DNA of 64,000 nt from Bacillota bacterium (lineage in GTDB: Bacteria > Bacillota > Limnochordia > DTU080), in assembly GCA_012840225.1 (NCBI GenBank), contig DULU01000091.1, forward strand, positions 1,408 to 65,407, read 5' to 3'. The position numbers were made by a program, and so were the translations under genes. The notes beneath the pieces were generated by a model that saw only the letters and a program-made list of their open reading frames with translations, searched no databases and was not told the DNA's origin. Of the stretch, positions 8,534-18,016 are shown one piece after another; position 1 is the stretch's first letter, and each line of letters opens with the position of its first letter.

Positions 8534-10063
8534 ATGCCGGAAGTGAAAAAGAGAAAAAAGGCTGACGGCGCCTTGATCCTTGCCGTCGATCAGGGCACCA
8601 CGGGGACTAAAGCGGCGCTTTTCGACCAAGAAGGCCGGATGGTGGCGGTGCATTATCGCCCGCTGCCGCAGATCTATCCCCGCCCCGGTTGGGTGGAACA
8701 TGATCCAATGGAAATTTGGCACGCCGCCATGGCCTGCATTGATGCGGTGCTTGCCGATCCGGAGACGGCGGCCCGGGTGGCGGCCATTGGGATCACCAAC
8801 CAGCGGGAGACGGCCATAGCCTGGAACCGGCACACCGGCCTCCCGGTCGGCAATGCCATTGTCTGGCAATGCCAGCGCAGTGCCGCCCTGTGCGACCAGT
8901 GGCGCCAGGACGGCTTGACCACCCTGGTGGCCGAGCGGACCGGTCTGGTGATCGACGCCTATTTTTCCGGTACCAAGTGGCAATGGCTGCTGGAGGAGGT
9001 GCCGGAGACCTGGGCGTTGATCCGGGAAGGGGATTTGTGCTTCGGCACCGTCGATTCCTGGCTGATCTGGAATCTGACCGGAGGGCAAAAGCACGTGACC
9101 GACTGGACGAATGCCTCCCGCACTATGCTCTTCGACATCCACAACTGCCACTGGGACATAGATCTGCTGGATTATACCGGAATCACCATGAATTCTTTGC
9201 CGCGGCCGGTGCCCTCCTCGGGAGTGGCCGGTGAAACCGTCGCCATCGGCAACTTGCCGGCCGGCATTCCTATAGCCGGCATCGCCGGCGATCAGCAGGC
9301 CGCCCTTTTCGGCCAGTGCTGTTTTTGGCCCGGAATGGTCAAAAACACCTACGGCACAGGATGCTTCGTGCTGATGCCTACCGGTCATGTGGCGCTCTAT
9401 GATGCTCCGCTGCGTTCGGGATTGCTGGCTACCATGGCCGCCGCCCCGCCGGGGGAGAAGCTATATGCCCTGGAGGGGAGCGTCTTCATAGCCGGGGCGG
9501 TCATTCAATGGTTACGGGATGAGCTGGGCCTTTTGACCGATGCGGCGGAGAGCGAAAAGTTGGCTGCTGGAGTACCCGACACCGGCGGTGTTTATTTCGT
9601 ACCGGCCTTCACCGGGCTCGGCGCCCCGCATTGGGACATGTATGCCAGAGGTACCATCCTAGGTCTCACCAGGGGCACCTCCAAGGCCCATCTGGTCAGG
9701 GCGGCTCTGGAAGCCATGGCCTATCAGAGCCGGGAAGTGATCGAACTGATGGCAAAGGAGTCCGGCGAGTCGGTGACCGTCCTCCGGGCGGACGGCGGGG
9801 CCTCGGCCAATAATTTCCTTATGCAGTTTCAGGCCGACATTCTGGATGTGGAAGTGGAACGGGCGGCCGTCCTGGAGACCACGGCGCTCGGGGCGGCTTA
9901 CCTGGCCGGGCTGGGAGTGGGCCTCTGGCCGGATGTGGAGGCTATAACCGCTTGCCGGCAGGAGCCGGATGTTTTCTGTCCCACCATGACACCCGAGACC
10001 AGAGCGGCTTTGTGCCGCGGCTGGGAGCGCGCCGTCGAGCGGGCCAAAAACTGGGCCGATTAG
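8534..10063 (+). CDS. glpK: glycerol kinase
   Basis: ILAVDQGTTGTKA..., NQRETAIAWN, TVDSWLIWNLTGG and GDQQAALFGQ are classic GlpK motifs. RBS GGAGGTG lies 9 nt before the ATG at 8534. Confidence 0.95.
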   Translation: MPEVKKRKKADGALILAVDQGTTGTKAALFDQEGRMVAVHYRPLPQIYPRPGWVEHDPMEIWHAAMACIDAVLADPETAARVAAIGITNQRETAIAWNRHTGLPVGNAIVWQCQRSAALCDQWRQDGLTTLVAERTGLVIDAYFSGTKWQWLLEEVPETWALIREGDLCFGTVDSWLIWNLTGGQKHVTDWTNASRTMLFDIHNCHWDIDLLDYTGITMNSLPRPVPSSGVAGETVAIGNLPAGIPIAGIAGDQQAALFGQCCFWPGMVKNTYGTGCFVLMPTGHVALYDAPLRSGLLATMAAAPPGEKLYALEGSVFIAGAVIQWLRDELGLLTDAAESEKLAAGVPDTGGVYFVPAFTGLGAPHWDMYARGTILGLTRGTSKAHLVRAALEAMAYQSREVIELMAKESGESVTVLRADGGASANNFLMQFQADILDVEVERAAVLETTALGAAYLAGLGVGLWPDVEAITACRQEPDVFCPTMTPETRAALCRGWERAVERAKNWAD

Positions 10064-10221
10064 CCGGTGGCCGCCAAATGCGCCAGAAAGTCCCCCAAGG
10101 AAGCGGCTCGGCCCTTTAGAATTAGGAACATGAGCACAAAGCTGCCCTTGCGCCCGTCCGTCCGTCCGGCAGGCAGGCCGATGGTGCAGGTCGGCAAGGC
10201 AGCAAAAGGGGGACTTTCATA

Positions 10222-10920
10222 TTGAGACGTATTTCCTTAACATCATTGGTGTTATCGGTTACAATGGCCATAACCGCGGTGGCGGCACTGCCGGCTCAGG
10301 CCTATATAAACATGAGGGGAGGGGTCCTCATCGGGGAGACCAGCGTCACCGAGAGCGGTCTCAAGCTCTCCTCGGACAGCATCGGCTATTATATGGGAGC
10401 CGATGCGCAGCTGGACAAGGTGCCGGTGCACCTGGCAGCATCCTATCAGACCTATGCTCCCACGGCTCTATCTGTTTCCCTGCCCGGCGTGGGGGAGTAT
10501 GAATTGCAGGCCGGAACCAGCGTAGGCCACGTCTTGGCCGGCTATGGCCGAGAGCCGCTGGCCGCCGGGATAGGCTGGACGAGCGCCGTCCTCAACCTGG
10601 AAAATGCCGTCTGGGGCCAGGATGTTACTCTGTTGGCCAGTGGACCGGCGCTCGGCTTAATGAGCCGCACCTCTCCGACCGAGCGCGTGCAGTTGGCCGG
10701 AGAGTTGGTTTATGTACCCTCTGCCCACTTGAATGTAGAGAGCGCATTCTTAAAATATGAGGCAGGAAAGAGCGATCTCTGGGGATTGGCCCTGAGGGGG
10801 TCTGTTGAGCTGTGGCAGGATTTGCGCCTGGAGATGGGATATAACACTTCCAGGATGAAGGTGCTGGGCGCCGAGGTGACCACAGGCGGCTACCAAATTG
10901 GCGGGCGCTACGTCTTTTAA
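10222..10920 (+). CDS. small secreted beta-barrel-like protein (OMP-like, C-terminal ...GGRYVF)
   Basis: RBS AAAGGGGGA lies 8 nt before the TTG. Signal peptide MRRISLTSLVLSVTMAITAVAALPAQA. Alternating-hydrophobic strands run throughout. The terminal YQIGGRYVF resembles an OMP beta-signal. Confidence 0.6.
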   Translation: MRRISLTSLVLSVTMAITAVAALPAQAYINMRGGVLIGETSVTESGLKLSSDSIGYYMGADAQLDKVPVHLAASYQTYAPTALSVSLPGVGEYELQAGTSVGHVLAGYGREPLAAGIGWTSAVLNLENAVWGQDVTLLASGPALGLMSRTSPTERVQLAGELVYVPSAHLNVESAFLKYEAGKSDLWGLALRGSVELWQDLRLEMGYNTSRMKVLGAEVTTGGYQIGGRYVF

Positions 10921-11044
10921 CACGTAACTAAAATATTTATTTGTTAATTGCCGTCATATAGCTGCAGGTCCGGGCGACGTATGATAGAATATGCTTCTGG
11001 TGTATATATGACCTATATGCACTTGATCATGTCAAAACCGGGAG

Positions 11045-12142
11045 TTGGATCGTCTTGAGATGGTCAGATTGGAAGCGGTCACCAAGCGTTTTGGTGAAAC
11101 AGTTGCCGTGGATAATGTGTCGCTCGAGGTGCAAAAGGGGGAGTTCCTCACTCTTTTAGGCCCCAGTGGTTGTGGGAAGACCACCACCCTCCGCATGATT
11201 GCCGGTTTTGAGAAACCCACATGCGGCAGCATTTATATAAACGACAGGCCGGTCGACAACCTACCCCCATATAAGCGGGAAGTGAACACGGTTTTTCAAA
11301 ACTATGCCCTTTTCCCGCATATGAAAGTGAAGGACAATGTGGCCTTCGGGTTGCGCATCGCCGGTCTGGAGCGCAGTGAGATCAAACGCAGGGTAGATTG
11401 GGCGCTGGACCTGGTGCAGTTGACCAGCTACGGCGACCGCTACCCTCATCAATTGTCAGGCGGCCAACAGCAGCGGGTGGCCTTGGCCCGGGCCATCGTC
11501 TGCCGTCCCCGTGTTCTTCTACTGGATGAGCCGCTTGGCGCCCTCGACCTGAAATTGCGCAAAGAAATGCAGTTGGAATTAAAGTCGCTCCAACGCCATC
11601 TTGAGATGACTTTCATTCATGTCACCCATGACCAGGAAGAAGCGCTGATCATCTCCGACCGCATTGCCGTGATGGAATCCGGCGCCGTGCACCAGGTGGC
11701 CTCGGCCGCCGAGGTTTATGAAAAGCCGGCCACCCTTTTTGTCGCCCAGTTTATCGGCGACGTGAACATATTGAAAGTGACGGTGGCCGACGGCGACGGC
11801 GATGAGGCCTATGTGCAGGGCACGGAAAGCAAGATCCCCATTGCGGTAGAGGAACACCGCCGGTATGCTCCGGGGCAGGTCTTAAACCTGGCGGTCAGAC
11901 CCGAGCATGTCCGGATTGGCGAGCGGGGCGCCCGGGACACCGGCGAGCCGCAGGCCGTCTTGGGCGGTGTGGTCAACAATTTACTCTATTTAGGTTCGAC
12001 TTTAAAAGTGCAGGTGGTATTGCCGGGAGGGGATACAGTCACCGCGGCTTTCCCCAACAGCAGTGGCAGGCCTGAATTCCGGGCAGGCGACCAAGTCTGT
12101 CTGAGCTGGCCTGTATCTGCCGGCCGGTTGCTGGGACAGTGA
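11045..12142 (+). CDS. potA: spermidine/putrescine ABC transporter ATP-binding protein
   Basis: Walker [10 protein letters not shown], signature LSGGQQQRV, Walker B LLLDEP, and a C-terminal TOBE-like domain. The start could be TTG 11045 or ATG 11060. Confidence 0.9.
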   Translation: MDRLEMVRLEAVTKRFGETVAVDNVSLEVQKGEFLTLLGPSGCGKTTTLRMIAGFEKPTCGSIYINDRPVDNLPPYKREVNTVFQNYALFPHMKVKDNVAFGLRIAGLERSEIKRRVDWALDLVQLTSYGDRYPHQLSGGQQQRVALARAIVCRPRVLLLDEPLGALDLKLRKEMQLELKSLQRHLEMTFIHVTHDQEEALIISDRIAVMESGAVHQVASAAEVYEKPATLFVAQFIGDVNILKVTVADGDGDEAYVQGTESKIPIAVEEHRRYAPGQVLNLAVRPEHVRIGERGARDTGEPQAVLGGVVNNLLYLGSTLKVQVVLPGGDTVTAAFPNSSGRPEFRAGDQVCLSWPVSAGRLLGQ

Positions 12143-12190
12143 TACCGAACGCCGCCTTTGGCGAATACGAGTAGTGAGGGGGGCGCGGTC

Positions 12191-13102
12191 ATGTCCGCTA
12201 TTCCAGGGGTACCGCGAGTCAAAATCAAAAGCGATGAACCTATCGGTGAGAGGGCAGGGAGCCGGAGAGTCGACCGCCTGCTTTTGCTGGCACCGGGGAT
12301 GATCTGGCTGTTTCTTTTGGGCATTCTGCCCCTGGGGCTTATATTGGTATACAGTTTCGCCCAGAGAGGCACTTATGGAGGCGTCGTCCTCAACTGGAAC
12401 GTCGATAATTACATCAGGATCGCCGATCCGCTCTATCTCGGCATCTTTGTCCGTTCTCTGATACTGGCTTTAGAGACCACCATTATCTGCCTGGTGGCGG
12501 GCTACCCGCTGGCCTATGCCATCGCCACGGCTCCGCCCCGCCATAAAAATCTGCTCCTTTTGCTGGTGGTCATTCCCTTTTGGACCAATTTCCTGATCAG
12601 AACCTATGCCTGGATCATCATCCTGCGTACCGAAGGCCTGCTTAATGCCTTGCTTTTGGCTACCGGCCTCTTCAGGGAGCCTTTGAGCATGCTCTATACT
12701 CCCGGGGCGGTGCTGCTCGGCTTCGTCTACAACTGGCTGCCGTTTATGGTGCTGCCGATATATGCCTCCATTGAGAAAATCAACCGCTCGCTCATCGAGG
12801 CGGCTATGGATTTGGGCGCCCGCGGTTGGCAGATCCTGGTCCGGGTGATCATCCCTCTCTCCCTGCCGGGGATTGCCGCCGGCTCCATTCTGATCTTTAT
12901 TCCCTCTCTGGCCATGTTTGCCATTCCCGACCTGATGGGCGGAGCCAGGGCGGTGTATATCGGCAATCTGATCAAAAACCAGTTTCTGGCCGCCCGCAAC
13001 TGGCCGTTCGGTTCGGCCCTCTCCATCTGCCTGGTGCTGGTGATGCTGGTATCACTGTTCTTATATGCCAGGGTGATGAGAAGGGAGGGGACTTGGTCTT
13101 GA
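12191..13102 (+). CDS. potB: spermidine/putrescine ABC transporter permease
   Basis: Six TM segments and an EAA loop (IEAAMDLGARGWQ). RBS GAGGGGGG lies 7 nt before the ATG at 12191. Confidence 0.88.
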   Translation: MSAIPGVPRVKIKSDEPIGERAGSRRVDRLLLLAPGMIWLFLLGILPLGLILVYSFAQRGTYGGVVLNWNVDNYIRIADPLYLGIFVRSLILALETTIICLVAGYPLAYAIATAPPRHKNLLLLLVVIPFWTNFLIRTYAWIIILRTEGLLNALLLATGLFREPLSMLYTPGAVLLGFVYNWLPFMVLPIYASIEKINRSLIEAAMDLGARGWQILVRVIIPLSLPGIAAGSILIFIPSLAMFAIPDLMGGARAVYIGNLIKNQFLAARNWPFGSALSICLVLVMLVSLFLYARVMRREGTWS

Positions 13103-13926
13103 GCCGCAAGTTTATGTGGTTTTATGTCGGTTTGGCCTTGTTCTTTTTGTATCTGCCGGTGCTGATCCTGGTGGTGCTGTCGTTCAACGCTTCCCGGTTA
13201 AACGTCAACTGGACAGGTTTTACCTTCTCCTGGTATGCGGAATTGTGGCGCGACAGGGATATCATGCTGGCGGCGCGCAACAGCTTGCTTGTGGCCTTCG
13301 TCAGCACGGCCATCTCCACGGTGCTGGGCACTACGCTGGCCTTGGGTTTATATTACCGCCGCGATATTCTCAACCGCATCGTGGACGGGCTGATCTATGT
13401 GCCGCTGGTGGTGCCGGAAACGGTGATGGGCATCTCGCTGCTGGCCTTTTACACCAAGATGGGTCTGGGGCTGGGATTGACGTCGGTCATTTTGGCCCAT
13501 GTGGTCTTCTGCATCCCGTTTGTCACCCTGATCGTTCAGGCCAGGCTGGCCGGCCTGGATTACCATATCCTGGAGGCGGCTATGGACCTGGGCGCCACGG
13601 AGTTGCGGGCCCTCTTGCAGGTGATGCTGCCGTTGACTGTTCCGGGCATAGTGGCCGGCGGCCTTTTGGCCTTCACATTATCCTTGGATGATTTTATCGT
13701 CACCTTTTTCACTGCCGGACCAGGGGCCACCACCTTGCCCATATACATTTATTCCATGGTCAAGCTGGGCGTTTCTCCCAAGGTAAACGCCCTGTCCACG
13801 ATCATGCTGGCCATCACCGCTATCACGGTGATCACGGTGGTCTTCCTGCTGCGCACGGGCAGCAACGGGCGCAAGGCGCATGAGAAGGCGCAGTCAAGTT
13901 CGGTTACCGGCTTGCCGTTCACTTGA
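13099..13926 (+). CDS. potC: spermidine/putrescine ABC transporter permease
   Basis: EAA loop LEAAMDLGATELR. The TTG at 13099 overlaps the potB stop (TTGA); ATG 13114 is an alternative. The longer ORF from 12826 runs inside potB and is rejected. Confidence 0.88.
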   Translation: MSRKFMWFYVGLALFFLYLPVLILVVLSFNASRLNVNWTGFTFSWYAELWRDRDIMLAARNSLLVAFVSTAISTVLGTTLALGLYYRRDILNRIVDGLIYVPLVVPETVMGISLLAFYTKMGLGLGLTSVILAHVVFCIPFVTLIVQARLAGLDYHILEAAMDLGATELRALLQVMLPLTVPGIVAGGLLAFTLSLDDFIVTFFTAGPGATTLPIYIYSMVKLGVSPKVNALSTIMLAITAITVITVVFLLRTGSNGRKAHEKAQSSSVTGLPFT

Positions 13927-13955
13927 ATCAAATCCATTGAGAAAGGAGCCAGACT

Positions 13956-15014
13956 ATGGAAAAAAAGAATAACCGGTACAGCCTCCTATTGGTGGGACTG
14001 GCAGTATTGCTGGTGGTGGGACTGGTCTTCACGGTGGGCAGAAGCAAGAAGCCGACGCTGAATGTGTACAACTGGTCGGAATACCTGCCGGCGGAGATCA
14101 TCACGGCTTTTGAGAAGGAATTTGGGGTAAAGGTCAATTATGATACTTATTCCAGCAACGAGGAGATGCTGGCCAAGCTGAGCACGGGTGCCACCGGTTA
14201 CGACATCGTGGTGCCGTCCGACTATGCCGTCAGCATCATGATCCATCAGGACCTGGCGCTGCCGCTTGATAAGGAAGCCCTGCCCAATCTGGCGAACATA
14301 GATCCCCGTTTTCTCGACCTCTATTTCGATCCGGGCAATGTCTACAGCGTTCCTTATCTATGGGGCACGCTGGGCATCGCCTATAACAAAACCAAGGTTG
14401 AAGAGCCGGTAACCAGCTGGGAGATCTTGTGGGATCCCAAGTACAAAGGGCGCATTGTGGTGGTGGACGACATGCGGGAAATTATCGGCATGGCCCTGCA
14501 GACTTTGGGCAAATCCCGCAACAGCACCGACCCGGCCGAGCTCATGGCGGCCAAAGCCAAGCTGGCCACCCTGGTGCCTGCCATTAAAGCTTTCGACAGC
14601 GACAATCCCAAAGGGCATCTCCTTTCCGGCGAAGCCTGGCTTGGCGTTCTCTGGAGCGGCGATGCGGCCTTGGCCGGCATGGAAAACCCGGATATCACCT
14701 ATGTGCTGCCGGAGGAAGGCGGGGGCTTGTGGATGGAAAATCTGGTCATCCCCAAGGGGTCCCGCAATCCGGAGCTGGCGCATGAATTCATCAATTTTAT
14801 CCTGCGCCCCGAGGTGAGCGCCAAGCTGGCCGAGGCATTTCCGCACGGCAATCCCAACCAGGCTGCCCATGCTTTGATCGATCCTGAGATACTGAACAAT
14901 CCGGCCAGTTATCCGCCGGCCGAAGCGCTGGAAAAGGCGGAGTGGCTGATCGATGTCGGCGAAGCCACGGTGCTTTACGACCAGATCTGGACGGAGATCA
15001 AAGGCGGCAGGTGA
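13956..15014 (+). CDS. potD: spermidine/putrescine ABC transporter substrate-binding protein
   Basis: RBS AAAGGAG lies 7 nt before the ATG. It has an N-terminal anchor and PotD-like segments (LNVYNWSEYLP, VPSDY, PYLWGT). Confidence 0.9.
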   Translation: MEKKNNRYSLLLVGLAVLLVVGLVFTVGRSKKPTLNVYNWSEYLPAEIITAFEKEFGVKVNYDTYSSNEEMLAKLSTGATGYDIVVPSDYAVSIMIHQDLALPLDKEALPNLANIDPRFLDLYFDPGNVYSVPYLWGTLGIAYNKTKVEEPVTSWEILWDPKYKGRIVVVDDMREIIGMALQTLGKSRNSTDPAELMAAKAKLATLVPAIKAFDSDNPKGHLLSGEAWLGVLWSGDAALAGMENPDITYVLPEEGGGLWMENLVIPKGSRNPELAHEFINFILRPEVSAKLAEAFPHGNPNQAAHALIDPEILNNPASYPPAEALEKAEWLIDVGEATVLYDQIWTEIKGGR

Positions 15015-15105
15015 CCTGCGATAATTGGCACAAAGGTAAAAATGGTGTAACGCTGCAGGTAAATTGTCTGTAGTGGTGGTAATAGCCAACTGAGGTGAGT
15101 TAGCG

Positions 15106-16341
15106 TTGAATGAATTGCTGCAACTGTTGCTGGTAGTAGCCGCCATACTGGTCTTGTCCAAGCTGGCGGGAGCATTAAGTCAACGTATCGGGCAGCCTTC
15201 GGTTTTCGGTGAACTGTTGATGGGCTTGATATTGGGTCCTACGGTGCTGAATTTCCTGGACTGGCCGGTGTTTAGCCACCGGGAGGAAATCACCGTGGTG
15301 TTGAGCAACCTGGCGGAGTTGGGCGTGATCCTGCTCATGTTCCTCGCCGGGCTGGAAACCGATCTGGCCGCCATGAAGAAAGTGGGCTTGGCGGCGCTTA
15401 TAGGTGCTTTGGGCGGAGTGGCGCTGCCGTTTTTCGGCGGTTTGGGCGTGGCTCTACCCTTTGGCTATGACTTCAGAGAAGCTGTGTTTATCGGCACGGT
15501 GCTCACCGCCACCAGCGTGAGCATCACGGCACAGACCCTGATAGAGCTGAAAGCCCTGCGCAGCAAGGAAGGGACCACCATCCTGGGCGCGGCAGTGATC
15601 GACGATGTGATGGGTATCATCGTCCTCTCGCTCGTCATCGCTCTCTACGGCACGGGCTCCGGTGCAGCGGCGGGAGCCGGATCATCCCCGCTCATGACGC
15701 TGGGGGTCATCGCTTTGCGCATTGTGGTTTTCTTCGTGGTCTTTGCTTTGGTGCTGGGCAGATTTGCCAAGCCGGTGCTCGAATGGGCGAGGAAACGGCT
15801 ACAGACGGCGGAAGTTGTGGGCGCCATGACCTTGGCCCTGGTGTTTATTTATGCCTGGGCGGCGGAATATATCGGCGGCGTGGCGGCCATCACCGGCTCT
15901 TACCTGTTGGGTGTGCTGATCGGCCAGACCGATATCAAGCATCAGATCGAGTCCAAAATGCAGACCATCGCCTACAGCTTGCTGGTGCCGATTTTCTTCC
16001 TTAATATCGGTCTGCATGCCAACGGCCGGGAGCTTCTGGGCCCCAATTTCGAGGTTACCATGTGGATCGTCCTGGTGGCCATCCTGGCGAAAATCATCGG
16101 TGCCGGTCTGGGTGTTATGGTCACCGGTTTCAAGCCGATGGAATCGCTGCGAGTGGGCATCGGGATGGTTTCCCGGGGCGAGGTAGCCCTCATTGTCTCC
16201 TCCATCGGCCTGCGCTCCGGGGTGATCGGTCCGGAAGTGTTTTCCATCATGGTGATTATGACCTTGATATCCACCCTGGTCACGCCGATCCTCCTGCGCC
16301 TGGTTTTCCCCAAACCGAAAGAGGTGGGGGCGGCAGCTTAA
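15106..16341 (+). CDS. cation:proton antiporter (CPA2/Na_H_Exchanger family)
   Basis: 411-aa polytopic membrane protein opening LLLVVAAILVLSKLAG...GQPSVFGELLMGLILGP, typical of the Kef/NapA-type family. RBS GAGGTGA lies 7 nt before the TTG. Confidence 0.85.
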   Translation: MNELLQLLLVVAAILVLSKLAGALSQRIGQPSVFGELLMGLILGPTVLNFLDWPVFSHREEITVVLSNLAELGVILLMFLAGLETDLAAMKKVGLAALIGALGGVALPFFGGLGVALPFGYDFREAVFIGTVLTATSVSITAQTLIELKALRSKEGTTILGAAVIDDVMGIIVLSLVIALYGTGSGAAAGAGSSPLMTLGVIALRIVVFFVVFALVLGRFAKPVLEWARKRLQTAEVVGAMTLALVFIYAWAAEYIGGVAAITGSYLLGVLIGQTDIKHQIESKMQTIAYSLLVPIFFLNIGLHANGRELLGPNFEVTMWIVLVAILAKIIGAGLGVMVTGFKPMESLRVGIGMVSRGEVALIVSSIGLRSGVIGPEVFSIMVIMTLISTLVTPILLRLVFPKPKEVGAAA

Positions 16342-16371
16342 GCCCGGCCCGGTGAACCTGACGGCCGGTAC

Positions 16372-16401
16372 GGCCTGCCCGGTCACCAAATCGGGCAGGC
16401 C
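16372..16401. terminator. GC-rich hairpin between convergent genes (10-bp perfect stem GGCCTGCCCG/CGGGCAGGCC, 10-nt loop)
   Basis: Inverted repeat read directly. It lies between the antiporter stop (16341) and the XRE gene stop (16403). It has no clear U-tract. Confidence 0.5.
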
Positions 16402-16402
16402 G

Positions 16403-16753
16403 TCAGCGGCTATGTTGCATCATCAGCCTGAGGAAGTCGCGGACAAACCGCAGCTGAATCAGGCTGCTTTGTTTCAGGATGGAGACGATTTCATATATGA
16501 TGCTTTCCGCCCCCGGATTGATTTCCGGTTCTTCGGCTTCCAGGTGCATGATGATATCGCCCGGGGGCACATGCAGGGCCCGCGCCAGATGAACGATGGT
16601 ATCGAGGCTGGGCAGGCGGTGACCCGCTTCTATCTTGGCTATGTAGGTCGGGTGGCATCCGGTCTGGGCCGCCAGCTCTTCCTGGGTCAGCTCCGCCGTC
16701 TCCCGCAGGCGGCGGACATGCTGACCGAATTTCTTCAGGCTCACATGTTCCAA
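16403..16753 (-). CDS. XRE-family helix-turn-helix transcriptional regulator
   Basis: FGQHVRRLRETAELTQEELAAQTGCHPTYIAKIEAGHRLPSLDTIVHLARAL is a canonical HTH_3/XRE domain. RBS AGGTGA lies 6 nt before the TTG. Confidence 0.8.
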   Translation of the reverse strand: MEHVSLKKFGQHVRRLRETAELTQEELAAQTGCHPTYIAKIEAGHRLPSLDTIVHLARALHVPPGDIIMHLEAEEPEINPGAESIIYEIVSILKQSSLIQLRFVRDFLRLMMQHSR

Positions 16754-16861
16754 AATGCATCACCTGCCGGTACCGCTGGGATGGCCATACATACGCCTTT
16801 TGCTCCCGATTTCCTTTGTATACAAATATAAACGACCGTTCTCCACAAAAGTGAACGGCCG

Positions 16862-17122
16862 TTATATTTCCTGCTCGCTGTAGTCGCCTCTGAATAAGCA
16901 GAGATATGCTCCACCTGGACTGAGACGCCCGTAGCGGACATCCAGCACCAGGCGTATCACCTTTTCCGGCGGCACATCCCATGGGCCATCATCTTTCAGT
17001 ACGGCGATAGCATATAGGATAGGTTCGATATCCCCGCTTTCGATACCGCGGCGACTCGCAGCGACGCTGGCCAAGGCATCCCGACAGCGTTTTTCGCGTT
17101 CGTCCACGGTATGCACCAACAC
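16862..17122 (-). CDS. small acidic hypothetical protein
   Basis: 86-codon ORF upstream of the XRE gene on the same strand. Codon usage looks plausible, but the RBS is weak and no motif is recognisable. Confidence 0.4.
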   Translation of the reverse strand: MLVHTVDEREKRCRDALASVAASRRGIESGDIEPILYAIAVLKDDGPWDVPPEKVIRLVLDVRYGRLSPGGAYLCLFRGDYSEQEI

Positions 17123-17326
17123 CTTTCAGCTCGACGGTTAATCGATCTATAACCGCTCCGCTCCCTGGTGGTGTGGTAACAAATTTCCAGGCGATGTGCA
17201 ATAAATGGTGCCGATACTGCTTTATTCGGTTTTAATCCGCTCCGCTTCGGGTATCCTCACATAATATAAATCGTCATAGAACACGATTAATCCTTTTAGT
17301 CATAACAAAATTAATAAAAATATGTC

Positions 17327-18013
17327 TCAGGACATAATAACGGTGCGCAGATAGGACCAATCAACACCCCTGAAATCGGGCAATATCACATCCGCTCCCG
17401 CTTTCATCAGTCTTTCCTCCGGCTCGCTGGTGGTGACCGCCACACAGGTCATTCCCGCCCTTTTGGCTGCGAGCACCCCAGCATAGGCATCCTCCAGCAC
17501 CAGGCAGTCATCGGGTGCTGCCCCCACCCTGGAAGCGCCGAGAAGATAGATGGTGGGATCAGGTTTGGCTTTTTCCACCTCTTCGCCGGTGATGATGGCG
17601 GCAAAGGCGTCCTGCAGTCCGAAACGGTGCAATACATATTGAGCGTTGGCTGCTATCGCCGAAGTGACCAAGGCGCACACCACTTCCCGCTTGGTGGGGG
17701 GAGAGGAGAGGTCCCTGATCAGCTCCAGGACTCCCGGCACAGGCTCCAGGGTGGGGCCGAACCGCTCGCGGTAACATGCTTCTTTCTCGTTGGAGAGGCG
17801 AGTGGCCTCCTCCGGGCTGAAGCGGCCCGGGAACAGTGCGGCCAGCGCTTCCTCGTTTTTGCGGCCGGAGATATAGCGGAAAAAGAGCTCTTCAGTGACC
17901 TTTAAACCGAGTTTTTCCGCGGCAAAAAATTGCCAGGTGGCCAGGTGAGCAGGGTTGCTCAGCACGATTACCCCGTCCATGTCGAATAAGACTGCTTTGC
18001 GAGGCACGATCAA
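17327..18013 (-). CDS. HAD-superfamily hydrolase (beta-phosphoglucomutase/phosphatase-like)
   Basis: Motif I LFDMDGVI, a motif II-like VTSA, and motif IV-like LVLEDAYAGVLAAKRAGM. The TTG start is 3 nt after the MFS stop. Confidence 0.85.
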   Translation of the reverse strand: MIVPRKAVLFDMDGVIVLSNPAHLATWQFFAAEKLGLKVTEELFFRYISGRKNEEALAALFPGRFSPEEATRLSNEKEACYRERFGPTLEPVPGVLELIRDLSSPPTKREVVCALVTSAIAANAQYVLHRFGLQDAFAAIITGEEVEKAKPDPTIYLLGASRVGAAPDDCLVLEDAYAGVLAAKRAGMTCVAVTTSEPEERLMKAGADVILPDFRGVDWSYLRTVIMS

Positions 18014-18016
18014 TCG

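Noticed and set aside
10140-10175. Short runs (cgtc)3 / (ggca)2 upstream of the OMP-like gene
   Set aside because: These are trivial microsatellite-scale repetition with no symmetry or known motif.
12826-13098. N-terminal 91-codon extension of the potC ORF
   Set aside because: It runs inside potB in another frame, and the translation there is not permease-like. A TTG at 13099 overlapping the potB stop, or ATG 13114, gives a normal PotC N-terminus.
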